This document shows positions 1 through 9,369 of a stretch of DNA of 27,586 nucleotides, one piece after another. Location of the stretch: positions 1-27,586 of IMG/VR virus record IMGVR_UViG_3300025853_000518. One strand, 5' to 3'. Source of the stretch: a virus. Taxonomy: Duplodnaviria; Caudoviricetes. Made by a program: the position numbers and the translations under genes. How positions within the stretch are numbered: the first letter of the stretch is position 1; each line of letters opens with the position of its first letter. Below the pieces are notes generated by a model. The model was not told the DNA's origin, searched no databases, and saw only the letters and a list, made by a program, of their open reading frames with translations.

Positions 1-2
1 TA

Positions 3-155
3 GCCGGTCTGGCTTATAACATTGCGCTGAAAAAGCCTCAGGTTGCAGACAGAATCCAAATGCTGAAACAAATCTACGATGAGCAGTTTCAGTATGCAGT
101 TGAAGAGGACAGGGAGAAATCGCCGCTAAGGTTGTTCCCCGGAGGGTACGACTGA
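3..155 (+). CDS. 3' end of a phage head-tail connector/adaptor-like virion protein (partial)
   Basis: The open frame from base 3 reads AGLAYNIALKKPQVADRIQMLKQIYDEQFQYAVEEDREKSPLRLFPGGYD*, with TGA at 153-155 abutting the next GTG. It resembles the conserved C-terminus (AGLAY...LK..Y.E.F..A..EDR) of a common podovirus virion protein. Not in the ORF track. Confidence 0.7.
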   Translation, partial: AGLAYNIALKKPQVADRIQMLKQIYDEQFQYAVEEDREKSPLRLFPGGYD

Positions 156-1052
156 GTGGCTTCCTACGCTAAAGGCAAGAAGGCTTTTGGCTTCTGCGAC
201 AGATGTGGTTTTAGATACGATCTAAAGGATCTCAAGTCTGAAACCGTCAATCTTGTCAGCACCAATCTTCTAGTTTGCGAGGAATGTTGGGATCCAGATC
301 ATCCCCAAAATATGCTTGGAAGAATCAGATACGACGATCCCCAAGCACTCCGCAATCCCAGACCTCTTGGCGGAATCAGCGGCAGAGATCTTCCTGCTGC
401 CTATAGGTGGGACTTCAAGAACCCAACGGTCACTATTATACCGTCTGGAGCTTACGCTGGGCTTAGCGTTATTGATGGCTGGTTCGGAGCCCAATGTACT
501 ATATCAGCCCAAGCAAGTTCTGAGTCTCTTAGGATTGATGGTAACAATAGGCCAAATCCAGACCTCGCCGGTGGTGATCCTCAAATCCTACAAGGGTTTG
601 ATTATTCTGGGGAAAACGATCATCAAAACCTAAACATAGATACTTCTGTTTATAAGTATGTTGTAAGTTCATTTAGAATAGACACACCTACCGTATTTAC
701 AGATAACAGTCAATTTGTTTTTAATTTTGATGGTAGCTTGTTTTGGACAGACCAAACTACTCCGTCTCCGTATCCGTGGTCTGCGGATCGGAGGCAGATT
801 GCAAAACCTTTTCCTTATCTTCCGTTAAGTCAAGCTGCGTCCGGGTTTTCCGCAAGCGATAAAAATATGACAACAAGGTTCAAACTTGTTTGGGACATGT
901 CTAATGATCCCACTTGGACGGGAACGGTGACTGGTTTAAGGATAGATTACATGGACTCTAAGCAAAAACCAAGAGTTGATGCAGATAAAGATTCTGGAAT
1001 AATTGACGTTGATTACATAGAAGTTGTGGCTTTTCACAACATAGATTTATAG
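156..1052 (+). CDS. Zn-ribbon (CxxC...CxxC) phage protein fused to a putative carbohydrate-binding jelly-roll domain
   Basis: The N-terminus has CDRCGFRY...CEECWDPDHPQ...DPQALRNPRP. The C-terminal ~200 aa contain DPQI...IDTSVYKYV...LFW...WDMSNDPTWTGTVTGLRIDY...IDVDYIEV. GTG start with GGAGGG upstream. Confidence 0.7.
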   Translation: MASYAKGKKAFGFCDRCGFRYDLKDLKSETVNLVSTNLLVCEECWDPDHPQNMLGRIRYDDPQALRNPRPLGGISGRDLPAAYRWDFKNPTVTIIPSGAYAGLSVIDGWFGAQCTISAQASSESLRIDGNNRPNPDLAGGDPQILQGFDYSGENDHQNLNIDTSVYKYVVSSFRIDTPTVFTDNSQFVFNFDGSLFWTDQTTPSPYPWSADRRQIAKPFPYLPLSQAASGFSASDKNMTTRFKLVWDMSNDPTWTGTVTGLRIDYMDSKQKPRVDADKDSGIIDVDYIEVVAFHNIDL

Positions 1053-1061
1053 GAGTTTAAA

Positions 1062-1247
1062 ATGCCTAAAGTTGGAATGAAGAATTTTTCGTATGACCAG
1101 ACCGGATACCAAAAGGCTATGCAGGAAGCGCAGCGTACCGGATTACCTGTCGAGTTCGAGGATAAGAACTACGCACAGTATTCGTGCGGAGGGTCTGTTC
1201 ACGGCAAAGGCTACAGAAAAGCTAGGATGCCCAAGAAGGGGAAGTAA
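1062..1247 (+). CDS. Small basic phage protein, possibly an internal virion protein
   Basis: 61 aa and Lys-rich, with an MPKVG.K.F.Y start, a strong SD (AGGAG 1051-1055) and a YSCGGSV motif. Confidence 0.7.
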   Translation: MPKVGMKNFSYDQTGYQKAMQEAQRTGLPVEFEDKNYAQYSCGGSVHGKGYRKARMPKKGK

Positions 1248-1250
1248 AAA

Positions 1251-1964
1251 TTGATTGCCTACACATTAGATAGTCTTCGCGCTGCAATAGACGAGTGGTT
1301 AGAAAACGACTTCTGGGGAGATACAGACCAGAAGGACAACATCATCTCTATGTCTGAGGAGAAAATCTATAAGACTGTAGGCATTGCTGGGTTCAACACG
1401 AAAACTTTGGGGTTAACCTTGTCAGGGACAGCTTTAACCCCAGCGCGGATACCTACGCCACAGCTAACCCAGAGGACTTTTTCTGAATCACCAATCACCC
1501 CGATATCACTTAGATTGAATGCTGACGCAGGCGGCTACGCATCCTTTTTAATACTGAAAGACACCAATTTTCTTCAAGAGTATTTTGGAGAAACTACGGG
1601 CGTTCCACAGTATTACGCATTCTATAACTTCTCAGGGGATAGCAACAATCCGTATGTATCAATATATCCAAAAGCCGTCTCCGCTTACTCATTAACTTTT
1701 GAATACTTTTACAAGCCAGAGTCGATTACAGAGAAGAGCGGAATTGGCACTACTTGGCTCAGCACATACGGACAAGAAGCATTGCTCTATGCGTGCATCA
1801 CAAATGCTTACACATTCATGAAGGGTGATGCTGACTTGATAAATTTATATGACACTAAGTTCAAAGAGGCTTTGCAAGCCTTGGTGTTTGAGCAAGGTGG
1901 CAGCTTTAGAAACCCGGCATACAACGCAATGGATGTGCCGAATAGAAGCATGGTGAATCAATAA
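1251..1964 (+). CDS. Phage tail adaptor / tail tubular protein
   Basis: 237 aa with TGVPQYYA, YP....YSLTFEYFYKPESI and TTWLS...ALLYAC..AYTFMKG motifs typical of podovirus adaptor proteins. It sits directly before the fibre and nozzle genes. The TTG start is uncertain. Confidence 0.7.
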   Translation: MIAYTLDSLRAAIDEWLENDFWGDTDQKDNIISMSEEKIYKTVGIAGFNTKTLGLTLSGTALTPARIPTPQLTQRTFSESPITPISLRLNADAGGYASFLILKDTNFLQEYFGETTGVPQYYAFYNFSGDSNNPYVSIYPKAVSAYSLTFEYFYKPESITEKSGIGTTWLSTYGQEALLYACITNAYTFMKGDADLINLYDTKFKEALQALVFEQGGSFRNPAYNAMDVPNRSMVNQ

Positions 1965-4897
1965 TGGCGTCTACTTACACAGATGGACTTGGCATCGAAC
2001 TCATTGGTACTGGCGATAGGGCTGGTTCTTGGGGAGATGTAACCAATAACAATCTCCAATCTCTTGAGCAGAGCATTAGAGGTGTTTCAACGGTAGCCCT
2101 TACGGGGACGGCCAGCACTCTAAACATTGGAGATGGCTCTACTGCTTCTGAGACTGCGACGGACGCAGCAGGAAGATCATCTGTAATTATATTTTCTGGA
2201 ACCTTAGGCGCGACCCACACAGTGACCTTGCAGGTCGGCGGAACGAATGCGGACAGAGCATCTTTCGTTGCCATAAATGAAACGACGCAGAATGTCGTGT
2301 TATCGAGAGGTAGTGGCAACACTGTAACTATTCCGAGTGGTTACACAGCGAAAATATTCCTAGATGGAACAGACGCTAGAAACGCTTTAGCCAATCTCAA
2401 ACTAGATAAAATCAAGTTTGAAAATGATGAGATAACAAACGCAACGGCGGGAACATTTAGTATTACTGGAGATGTTTCTATATTCGGCGATGAAACCGTT
2501 AGCGATACTGATGATGTATACCTGACTACACCATCTGCAACAAAAGATTTAATTCTACAGACATACTCAACAACTTCCGGTAGATCTAAGATAGTAATTG
2601 ATAGCGCCAATAATGGAAACATTGAAATAACCCCAAACGGTACAGGCTCTGTAGTTATAAGCAAGGCAGACATAAACAGCGGAACTATAGATGGAACCAC
2701 TATAAATGCTACGTCTGTAACGACATCTTCGGCAACAATAACTGGCGGAACTATAAATAATACCATTATAGGCGGTACGACCCCAGCCGCAGGCAACTTC
2801 TCTACTGTAGATATAGATGGTGGAACTATAGATGGCACCATCATAGGCGGAACGACTAAAGCAGCAGGCAGCTTCTCCACGCTTACCGCAACTGGAACGA
2901 CTACCGCAGCAGCAATAAACGCATCGGGGAGCATTGATTCTGGCGGAGATGTAACTGCCAGTAACTTCACGGCAGATGCCAACGGAAATATTTCTACATC
3001 GGGAACCGGAACGATCTCAACCGCCAGCGGAAACATATCTTCTACTAGCGGGAACATCACCACTGGCGGCAATATCACCACCTCTGGAACTGGTTCAATT
3101 TCGTCCAATACTACAATCACTGCTGGAACCGGCATCACGGCAACCACAGGGGGCGTAACAGCAACCGCTGGTGGCTTGACGGCAACTGCTGGAGGATTGA
3201 CTGTCGCAGCAGGCGGGGCGGATATCTCTGGCGGAATAGATAACAATAGTGGTGGTATAACAAATACGGGAAATATATCCGGTGCTGGCACTATAGGCTC
3301 TGGAGCAATTACAAGCTCGGGAGCAATTACAGGAACGTCGCTAACCGCCAGCGGCTCAGGAGCGATTGCAGGCGGAGCGATCACAGGGACTAGCCTCACG
3401 GTCGGAACTGGAGCGTCCAACACTGTCACAGCCGGAGAGCTTATTTGTAATGATTTAAGTCACTCAACTTCAATCACCTCCACGATTGGTGGCACAAATA
3501 AATTCAGAGTAAACAGCGATGGCGCTTCGGTCATGGGTACGAGTGGATATTTAAATATGTCCTCTACGTCCGGCGCGACCGGGTTTGGGTTTAGGAACAA
3601 CAGCGGTACATTAGAGATAAAGAATAGCTCACTCGGAAGCTGGGGTTCTATCGCAGTTCTTTCAGGTTCAAATTTGTCCGTTGGCGGATCTGTAACCGCT
3701 GGAACCACTGTAACAGCAGGGACAGGGCTGACTGTTACATCAGGCGGAGCCAATATAACTGGAAACAGTACGCTAACCGGAACACTCGGCGGTCTGACCG
3801 GGTTAACTGTCGCCAGCGGTGGAGCAACGGTTGCTGCTGGCGGAGCGACCATAACCGGAAACAGCACAATTACAGGAACCCTTGGTGGGCTAACTGGACT
3901 GACCGTTACTAGTGGCGGGGCCAGTATAACTGGCAATAGTACAATAACCGGAACCTTGGGCGGACTAACTGGCTTAACGGTTGCGAGCGGCGGTGCCACA
4001 GTCACCGCTGGCGGGCTGACTGTTTCCGGCGGCGGAGCAAACATAACCGGAAACAGCGTGGTAACGGGAACGCTTAGAGCTACGTCAACTCTAACCGCAA
4101 GCGCAGGTCTTAATGTAACCACTGGCGGGGTTACCGTTTCATTAGGGGGAATCAATAATACTAACGGCGGTATTTCAAATGCTGGTGCAGTCGCTGGAGT
4201 TAGTACACTTACAGCGACCGGGTTAGTCACATTTTCTGGACCGAGAGTTGATATAAAAGATTCACTCACTTTCGGCCCGTCAACTACGCAGGCATCAATA
4301 TATACAAACTCATCAGCAACAGCCGGATTAGGTACTGAGCAACTTCGTTTCTACAACTCGTCTGGAGTTGCATTACCCGGCACTACAGGAAAATACTTCA
4401 ATATAACATCACAGGGAGGATCTACTGGAGTCGGGCTTAGATCAAGCAGCTCTATAGTAGAAGTAAGATCTAAAGCTACGGCAACAGCAGATAATTGGGG
4501 TCGCATCTACCACTCCGGCATGGTCAGTGGAGATGGTGCTTTCTATGAAAGCGCCGCGAATCTAGGTGGGGCTGTTTCGGGCGGTCTAACCGACAGCTTT
4601 GCAGCTAGTGTAGCACATGGCCTTGGCCGTGTACCTAGAATAATTAGGTGTGTAATAAGATGTATAGCTACCGATCATGGCTGGGCAGTCGGCGATGAAG
4701 TAGACGTTACATCATTATCTAACCGAGACGAGGGCTCAGGCCCTTCGCAAGATTTAATCTCTTTCGGTGCGAATTCAACAAATATTTACGTTGCCTGCAA
4801 TGTTCTCTCTGAGGTGACTATTGCAAATAGGTCTGGCGGCTCTGATGGACAGTTAACATTGGCGAGTTGGGACATTTACGTTTACGCTTGGAAGTAA
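1964..4897 (+). CDS. Tail fibre protein
   Basis: The N-terminus MASTY..LGIELIGTG..AG.WG..TN.NL is a typical fibre attachment segment. A long G/T/S-rich repetitive shaft follows (IGGTTPAAG.F motifs, GLTV.SGG repeats), ending in a HGLG.VP...W..GDEV...W.IYVYAW tip domain. TAATG coupling to the upstream gene. Confidence 0.8.
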   Translation: MASTYTDGLGIELIGTGDRAGSWGDVTNNNLQSLEQSIRGVSTVALTGTASTLNIGDGSTASETATDAAGRSSVIIFSGTLGATHTVTLQVGGTNADRASFVAINETTQNVVLSRGSGNTVTIPSGYTAKIFLDGTDARNALANLKLDKIKFENDEITNATAGTFSITGDVSIFGDETVSDTDDVYLTTPSATKDLILQTYSTTSGRSKIVIDSANNGNIEITPNGTGSVVISKADINSGTIDGTTINATSVTTSSATITGGTINNTIIGGTTPAAGNFSTVDIDGGTIDGTIIGGTTKAAGSFSTLTATGTTTAAAINASGSIDSGGDVTASNFTADANGNISTSGTGTISTASGNISSTSGNITTGGNITTSGTGSISSNTTITAGTGITATTGGVTATAGGLTATAGGLTVAAGGADISGGIDNNSGGITNTGNISGAGTIGSGAITSSGAITGTSLTASGSGAIAGGAITGTSLTVGTGASNTVTAGELICNDLSHSTSITSTIGGTNKFRVNSDGASVMGTSGYLNMSSTSGATGFGFRNNSGTLEIKNSSLGSWGSIAVLSGSNLSVGGSVTAGTTVTAGTGLTVTSGGANITGNSTLTGTLGGLTGLTVASGGATVAAGGATITGNSTITGTLGGLTGLTVTSGGASITGNSTITGTLGGLTGLTVASGGATVTAGGLTVSGGGANITGNSVVTGTLRATSTLTASAGLNVTTGGVTVSLGGINNTNGGISNAGAVAGVSTLTATGLVTFSGPRVDIKDSLTFGPSTTQASIYTNSSATAGLGTEQLRFYNSSGVALPGTTGKYFNITSQGGSTGVGLRSSSSIVEVRSKATATADNWGRIYHSGMVSGDGAFYESAANLGGAVSGGLTDSFAASVAHGLGRVPRIIRCVIRCIATDHGWAVGDEVDVTSLSNRDEGSGPSQDLISFGANSTNIYVACNVLSEVTIANRSGGSDGQLTLASWDIYVYAWK
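3722..4075 (+). repeat. Imperfect protein-level repeats GLTV(T/A)SGGA.ITGNST.TGTLGGLT within the tail fibre
   Basis: Four ITGNS..TGTL units are visible in translation. The nucleotide copies differ mostly at third codon positions. Confidence 0.85.
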
Positions 4898-4900
4898 TAA

Positions 4901-7627
4901 ATGCCGTATAGAAAAGTCACATTTCCTCCCGGTATAAATAGAGAAGGAACTCAGTATTCCGCTGAAGGAAACTGGTATGACTGTGACTTGATTAGGTTCA
5001 GGCAGGGCAGACCTGAAAAAATTGGTGGCTGGACTAAGTATTCTCAAAATGAATTTCTTGGAATATCTAGGAGCTTGTTGAATTGGTCATCTATTTTGGG
5101 TGCCAACTTGATGGCCGTAGGAACAGACAAGAAACTATACGTTGATCTTGGTGGTGTCTATCACGATATCACGCCGATGGAGTATAAGTCTCAAGGAACG
5201 CTAGACCTTGACATGGCGAATACATCGACCAACACGAACGCGAAGCTTAGCTTTAACGTTCTTGCTGGTGATGTAGTCAGGATGAGCAGTGATGCAAATT
5301 CTGTAGGCGATGAGCTTATGATCGTTGCTACCGGAGGATTAGCCGGTGCAACCGTCGTGTTAGAGCGTGGCAGCTTTTCTACTGTCACATCAGCGCACAC
5401 GTCCGGGGATGCTGCGTTTCTTTTAGAAAAACTTTCAAACCCGGTATATCCAATCGCAGGATCTAGTACCGTACTTATAAATTTTGCAAATCATGGCCTG
5501 ACTACTGGGGACTTCATAAATTTTCTCAGCATGTCATCTGCTCCTACGGGTCTGGATAGAAGATCTTTATTTTATCCGTTGTTCGATGGAGCTACTGACC
5601 CCGCGTCTGGATATGATGCGGCGAGGTCAACTCAAAGCTGGTGCGTAACCAGAGTTCTGGACGGTGACTATTTCGAGATAACTTTAGAGAATTCAGTTAC
5701 CGGAACTCCAGCAACACTCTCAGCAAACATATTAAGCTCAGGCACAACAATACAGCTAAGTGTAAATACTTTTGTAAGTAGTGACTACATCAAGATTGAA
5801 GATGAGTATATACAAATAACTAGCGGTCCTTCTGGCGTTGGGCCATATACATACAACTGCAATAAAGGCCAACTCGGTTCAAGATCAAAGGATCACTCAT
5901 CTGGTTTGCCAGTCTATCTAGTCGGCGCTTCTGGCGGTCTAGGTTCCGGCGGCGACACTATCATAATGAGGGACATTCAAGCATCAGAGTCCACATTCGT
6001 TGAGTTCAGCGGGTGGAGTGCTGGATCTTGGGGAGGGGTTCCATCAGCGACAACTTCGACAACGCTAAGTGCAAACCTAGCCGCTGGAGCAACTGCATCA
6101 GCGAACGTCGCAAGCACAGCTAGTTTTCCCTCATCTGGAAGCATAATTATAGATTCAGAGATAATAAGTTATTCCTCAACTACGGGGACTACATTCAACA
6201 CCCTCACCAGAGGGGATTACTCGACAGTCGATAGTTTTCACGCCTCGGGATCTTCCGTATTCCTTCTAGATCAATACTGGACAGCTTGGGGAGACCCGAC
6301 AGTTCCCATAACGAATGACAACTCTAATCTAAATATTTGGTCGCTCGACACATTCGGAGAAGATCTAGTCGGGTGCAAGACAAGGACGAAGCCATTTTAC
6401 TGGAATACGTCTTTGAAGATGAGTAATGGATACCCCTACAACACTAGGTATTCAACCTCTTCTCATAGCGCATCACCCAACGGATACGCATCTGGAATCA
6501 TGCTGTCAGATGCAGTTCCGATGTCGTCATTGGGATTATCAACAGATGATGGTCATGGATCTGTTCCCGATCAAGTTGGATTCTTGATGACAAATCCAGC
6601 CTCTAGGCAAATTATTGCTTTTGGAGCAACTGATACATTCGGCAATTACGACCCGATGCTTATAAGATGGTGCGATATTGACAGACCCGGATCTTGGGAA
6701 GGAACAAGCTCTAACGCCGCTGGCGGCACGCCACTACAGAAAGGCTCTAAAATTATCTCGGCTGCTCGCTCAGACAGACAGATAATCGTCTGGACAGATT
6801 CATCTATGTACTCTTTGAGTTGGGTTGGCGGGAATTTTGTATTCGCACTTCAAGAAATTGCTGATGGAGTTTCTTTAGCTTCTATAAATGCACACAAGGC
6901 CGCCAGAGGAATTGTGTACTGGATGGGAGATAACAACTTCTTTCAAACTGATGGAACCACTGTTCAAAAAATAGATTGCTCTGTGCTTTCAAAGGTATTT
7001 GAAGAGTTAAATTACTTCAAAAGAGAAGTTATATTTACTGCCTCGAATTTGTTGTTTAATGAAATAATATGGTTTTATCCATCCAGAACTTCAAATGAAC
7101 CTGACAAATATGTTTTGTACAATTATGTAGATGGTACATGGGCGTATGGATCTATGCCTAGAACTGCTTGGTCAGATTCCGGCTTGAGGGAAAAACCAAA
7201 CTCTGCTTACAACAGAGGTCAGTATTCTTCTGGTGCATACCAAGGGATCGAAAGATCTATAATTTATAATCAAGAAGATGGATATAAAGACGACCAGTCA
7301 AAGATGGATTCTTACATAGAAAGCGGATACTTCGATCTTGACGATGGAGACGAATCTATTTTTGTAGATAGATTCATTCCAGACATAAGAGGTTTGTATA
7401 CGACTGTGCCTGAGATTGCTGTAGATCTTGTCGCAAAAGATTATCCAGCGTCAACCAGAACAAGCACTAGATCCTTAACTCTCGACCAGTCCATGGAATA
7501 TGTAAACACAAGAATCCGGGGAAGAACTATGTCGGTCAAATTCTACGACAATGACAGCACCCAGATAGAGTCTGGTTGGGAGCTTGGAGACTCAAGAATG
7601 CGAGTCAAGCCGGATGGAAGAAGATAG
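4901..7627 (+). CDS. Tail nozzle / phage stabilisation protein (P22 gp10-like) with inserted beta domains
   Basis: Has an N-terminal PGINREGT.YS.EG.WYDCD.IRFR.G.PEKIGGW, a central WSLD.FGEDL and DPMLIRWCD, VYWMG.NNFF and FNEI.WFYP motifs, and a C-terminal W.LG..R...PDGRR. Confidence 0.8.
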   Translation: MPYRKVTFPPGINREGTQYSAEGNWYDCDLIRFRQGRPEKIGGWTKYSQNEFLGISRSLLNWSSILGANLMAVGTDKKLYVDLGGVYHDITPMEYKSQGTLDLDMANTSTNTNAKLSFNVLAGDVVRMSSDANSVGDELMIVATGGLAGATVVLERGSFSTVTSAHTSGDAAFLLEKLSNPVYPIAGSSTVLINFANHGLTTGDFINFLSMSSAPTGLDRRSLFYPLFDGATDPASGYDAARSTQSWCVTRVLDGDYFEITLENSVTGTPATLSANILSSGTTIQLSVNTFVSSDYIKIEDEYIQITSGPSGVGPYTYNCNKGQLGSRSKDHSSGLPVYLVGASGGLGSGGDTIIMRDIQASESTFVEFSGWSAGSWGGVPSATTSTTLSANLAAGATASANVASTASFPSSGSIIIDSEIISYSSTTGTTFNTLTRGDYSTVDSFHASGSSVFLLDQYWTAWGDPTVPITNDNSNLNIWSLDTFGEDLVGCKTRTKPFYWNTSLKMSNGYPYNTRYSTSSHSASPNGYASGIMLSDAVPMSSLGLSTDDGHGSVPDQVGFLMTNPASRQIIAFGATDTFGNYDPMLIRWCDIDRPGSWEGTSSNAAGGTPLQKGSKIISAARSDRQIIVWTDSSMYSLSWVGGNFVFALQEIADGVSLASINAHKAARGIVYWMGDNNFFQTDGTTVQKIDCSVLSKVFEELNYFKREVIFTASNLLFNEIIWFYPSRTSNEPDKYVLYNYVDGTWAYGSMPRTAWSDSGLREKPNSAYNRGQYSSGAYQGIERSIIYNQEDGYKDDQSKMDSYIESGYFDLDDGDESIFVDRFIPDIRGLYTTVPEIAVDLVAKDYPASTRTSTRSLTLDQSMEYVNTRIRGRTMSVKFYDNDSTQIESGWELGDSRMRVKPDGRR

Positions 7628-7782
7628 TGGCTGATAACAAAGATGACTTAAATAGAGAAATCTTCGTCAACCCTCCTGCTGGAAAGAAAGAAAACTATGC
7701 AGCGGAGAATAGGCGATCAAATAATAAAATTATAAAATTGACCATGGCGTTTCCGCCTATAGGCATAGTGACTTATGGCTGA
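7627..7782 (+). CDS. Small hypothetical virion-region protein (51 aa)
   Basis: GTG at 7627 overlaps the upstream TAG. It reads VADNKDDLNREIF...PPIGIVTYG* and overlaps the next start, filling the gap exactly. This start is preferred to the track start at 7576. Confidence 0.55.
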   Translation: MADNKDDLNREIFVNPPAGKKENYAAENRRSNNKIIKLTMAFPPIGIVTYG

Positions 7783-8185
7783 TGGATTCAAGATACTTGC
7801 TCAGGCGGTACTTCTATCTTCTGACCCTGCGACAGTACCCCTCGCCGACTCCGCTGGTTGCTTGATTTATCAAGTACCGGATGCTTCTGCTGCTAGGTTT
7901 AACTCAAGAGATTACTCACAAGCAGTTATATCCTCAATAGTTGTTTGCCATGTAGATTCAGCAGCCGCTACCCATCCGTATACAATAAGAGTAGTCAAAA
8001 GTGGTGCTGGGTTTGATAATAAACAATATGTAATTTATAACAAAGATTTATCGGCAAGCGATACTGACGTTCTTTCATTAGGAATAGGATTAGTTTCCGG
8101 CGACGCAATATACGCTGAGTCTTATAAGAACGCGAGTGCAGTTTCTGATTTATCTATAAGTATTTTTGGAACAGAAGTAGTCTAG
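7775..8185 (+). CDS. Small beta-rich tail/collar structural protein
   Basis: The pattern KILAQ...YQVP...ISSIVVC...YTIRV...QYVIY...LSLGIGL..GD.I...SIFGTE matches a widespread ~110-135 aa phage virion protein. Confidence 0.65.
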   Translation: MADGFKILAQAVLLSSDPATVPLADSAGCLIYQVPDASAARFNSRDYSQAVISSIVVCHVDSAAATHPYTIRVVKSGAGFDNKQYVIYNKDLSASDTDVLSLGIGLVSGDAIYAESYKNASAVSDLSISIFGTEVV

Positions 8186-8193
8186 GCAATATT

Positions 8194-9360
8194 ATGATGA
8201 GTAAAACTTTTGGTCAGTTTGAAACTCTAGAAGATACAAATCCCACGGGCAAATTAATGCCTGATGAACTTCCGGCTATCGCCGGGAGCCCTTTGCCTGA
8301 TGCGGGTTTAAAGAATAAGACGATGGGGGATGTATTCCCTGAAAAAGATCAACCTACTCCCGCTCAGTTTAATAACAGAAATGAGGGCATGAAAAGACTT
8401 AAGGCAATGCCCAACAGAAGTCCTCTCGGACCTGTCACTGGGGCAAGGCGACCTTTGCCTACCCAGAAACCTTCACCGATGCAGCAAGCTCAGGATGAGG
8501 TTGGAACTGGTGATCGTTGGCTTGGTGAGCTTTGGCAAGGATTGACTGCTGACGAAAAGCCGCAGGGCGGGTTCGCGGACGGTGGCCGGGTAGCGATGGG
8601 GTCTCAGCCGGGAATGGATCTGTATAACAAGGTTACTATGGATCTTGAGTCCGGCGGCGTTGGTGGTTATGCCCAAGGCGGGATGATCGAGAAGTCTAGG
8701 GATATAGCTTCGAAGGGTCGCAATGGCGACACCATGCTCATGCACATTAACCCCAAAGAGCTTAGCGGGTTACAGGCTCTTCTTGGCCCGGTCACTATAA
8801 ACCCGGAAACGGGGAACCCGGAAGCGTTTGCTTGGTTTGCTGCACTCCCCCTACTCGGCCAGATGGCTGTGGCCGGGACTGCTGGCGCGGGTGTCGGCGC
8901 AGGTGTCGGCGCAATAGCTGGCGGCAAGGAAGGTGCGCTTCAAGGCTTAGCCATAGGCGGGATGCTCGGAACTCTCGGCGCTGGCGCTGCGGGTATAGCA
9001 GGGGCAGGGGCAGGGTCAGCACTAGCGCCCGGTGCGGGCGTGTTAGCTCCCGGTTACGGAGGAGGAGTTACGGCTGCTCAGCTCGCTGCTGGAAATGTGA
9101 CTGCTGCGGAAGCTGCAAACCTAGCAGCGGCAGGAGGAGCAGGGGCAGGTTCAGGAATCGGAGCCGGTCTCAAGGCAGCTTCGACGGGGCTCTCGTCATT
9201 GATGGCAGGAATGGGTGGCCCCAGCCAGACACCTGCTCCTCCCCCTCCTCCGATGCCATCAAGACCTAATCTCACGAAACCCGTCAGCCCTTATGACCTA
9301 GATGAGCGTCGCAGGATGGGCGGAATCGGATCTATCCCCGGATCTGGAAGAATCGCGTAG
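8194..9360 (+). CDS. Internal virion / DNA ejection protein with hydrophobic Gly-Ala segment
   Basis: A conserved GRNGDTMLMHINPKE...TINPETGNPEAF motif is followed by a long Gly/Ala hydrophobic region (possibly membrane-inserting) and a poly-Pro tract. Confidence 0.65.
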   Translation: MMSKTFGQFETLEDTNPTGKLMPDELPAIAGSPLPDAGLKNKTMGDVFPEKDQPTPAQFNNRNEGMKRLKAMPNRSPLGPVTGARRPLPTQKPSPMQQAQDEVGTGDRWLGELWQGLTADEKPQGGFADGGRVAMGSQPGMDLYNKVTMDLESGGVGGYAQGGMIEKSRDIASKGRNGDTMLMHINPKELSGLQALLGPVTINPETGNPEAFAWFAALPLLGQMAVAGTAGAGVGAGVGAIAGGKEGALQGLAIGGMLGTLGAGAAGIAGAGAGSALAPGAGVLAPGYGGGVTAAQLAAGNVTAAEAANLAAAGGAGAGSGIGAGLKAASTGLSSLMAGMGGPSQTPAPPPPPMPSRPNLTKPVSPYDLDERRRMGGIGSIPGSGRIA

Positions 9361-9369
9361 GAGTTTACA

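Noticed and set aside
3722-4075. Repeat array as a CRISPR array or a DGR template/variable repeat
   Set aside because: The repeats are in-frame coding units differing at synonymous sites. There are no identical repeats with unique spacers, no adenine-specific variation and no reverse transcriptase in the window.
1975-4269. Long minus-strand ORFs (115, 362 and 269 aa) opposite the tail fibre
   Set aside because: These are shadow frames of Gly/Thr/Ala-rich codons, giving Pro/Val-rich text with no motifs. The + strand gene has a clear fibre signature.
8473-9275. Several overlapping alternative ORFs, including a Cys/Arg-rich 145-aa + strand ORF at 8832-9269
   Set aside because: They are off-frame readings of GC-rich Gly/Ala codons in the ejection protein gene, with no RBS or domain pattern.
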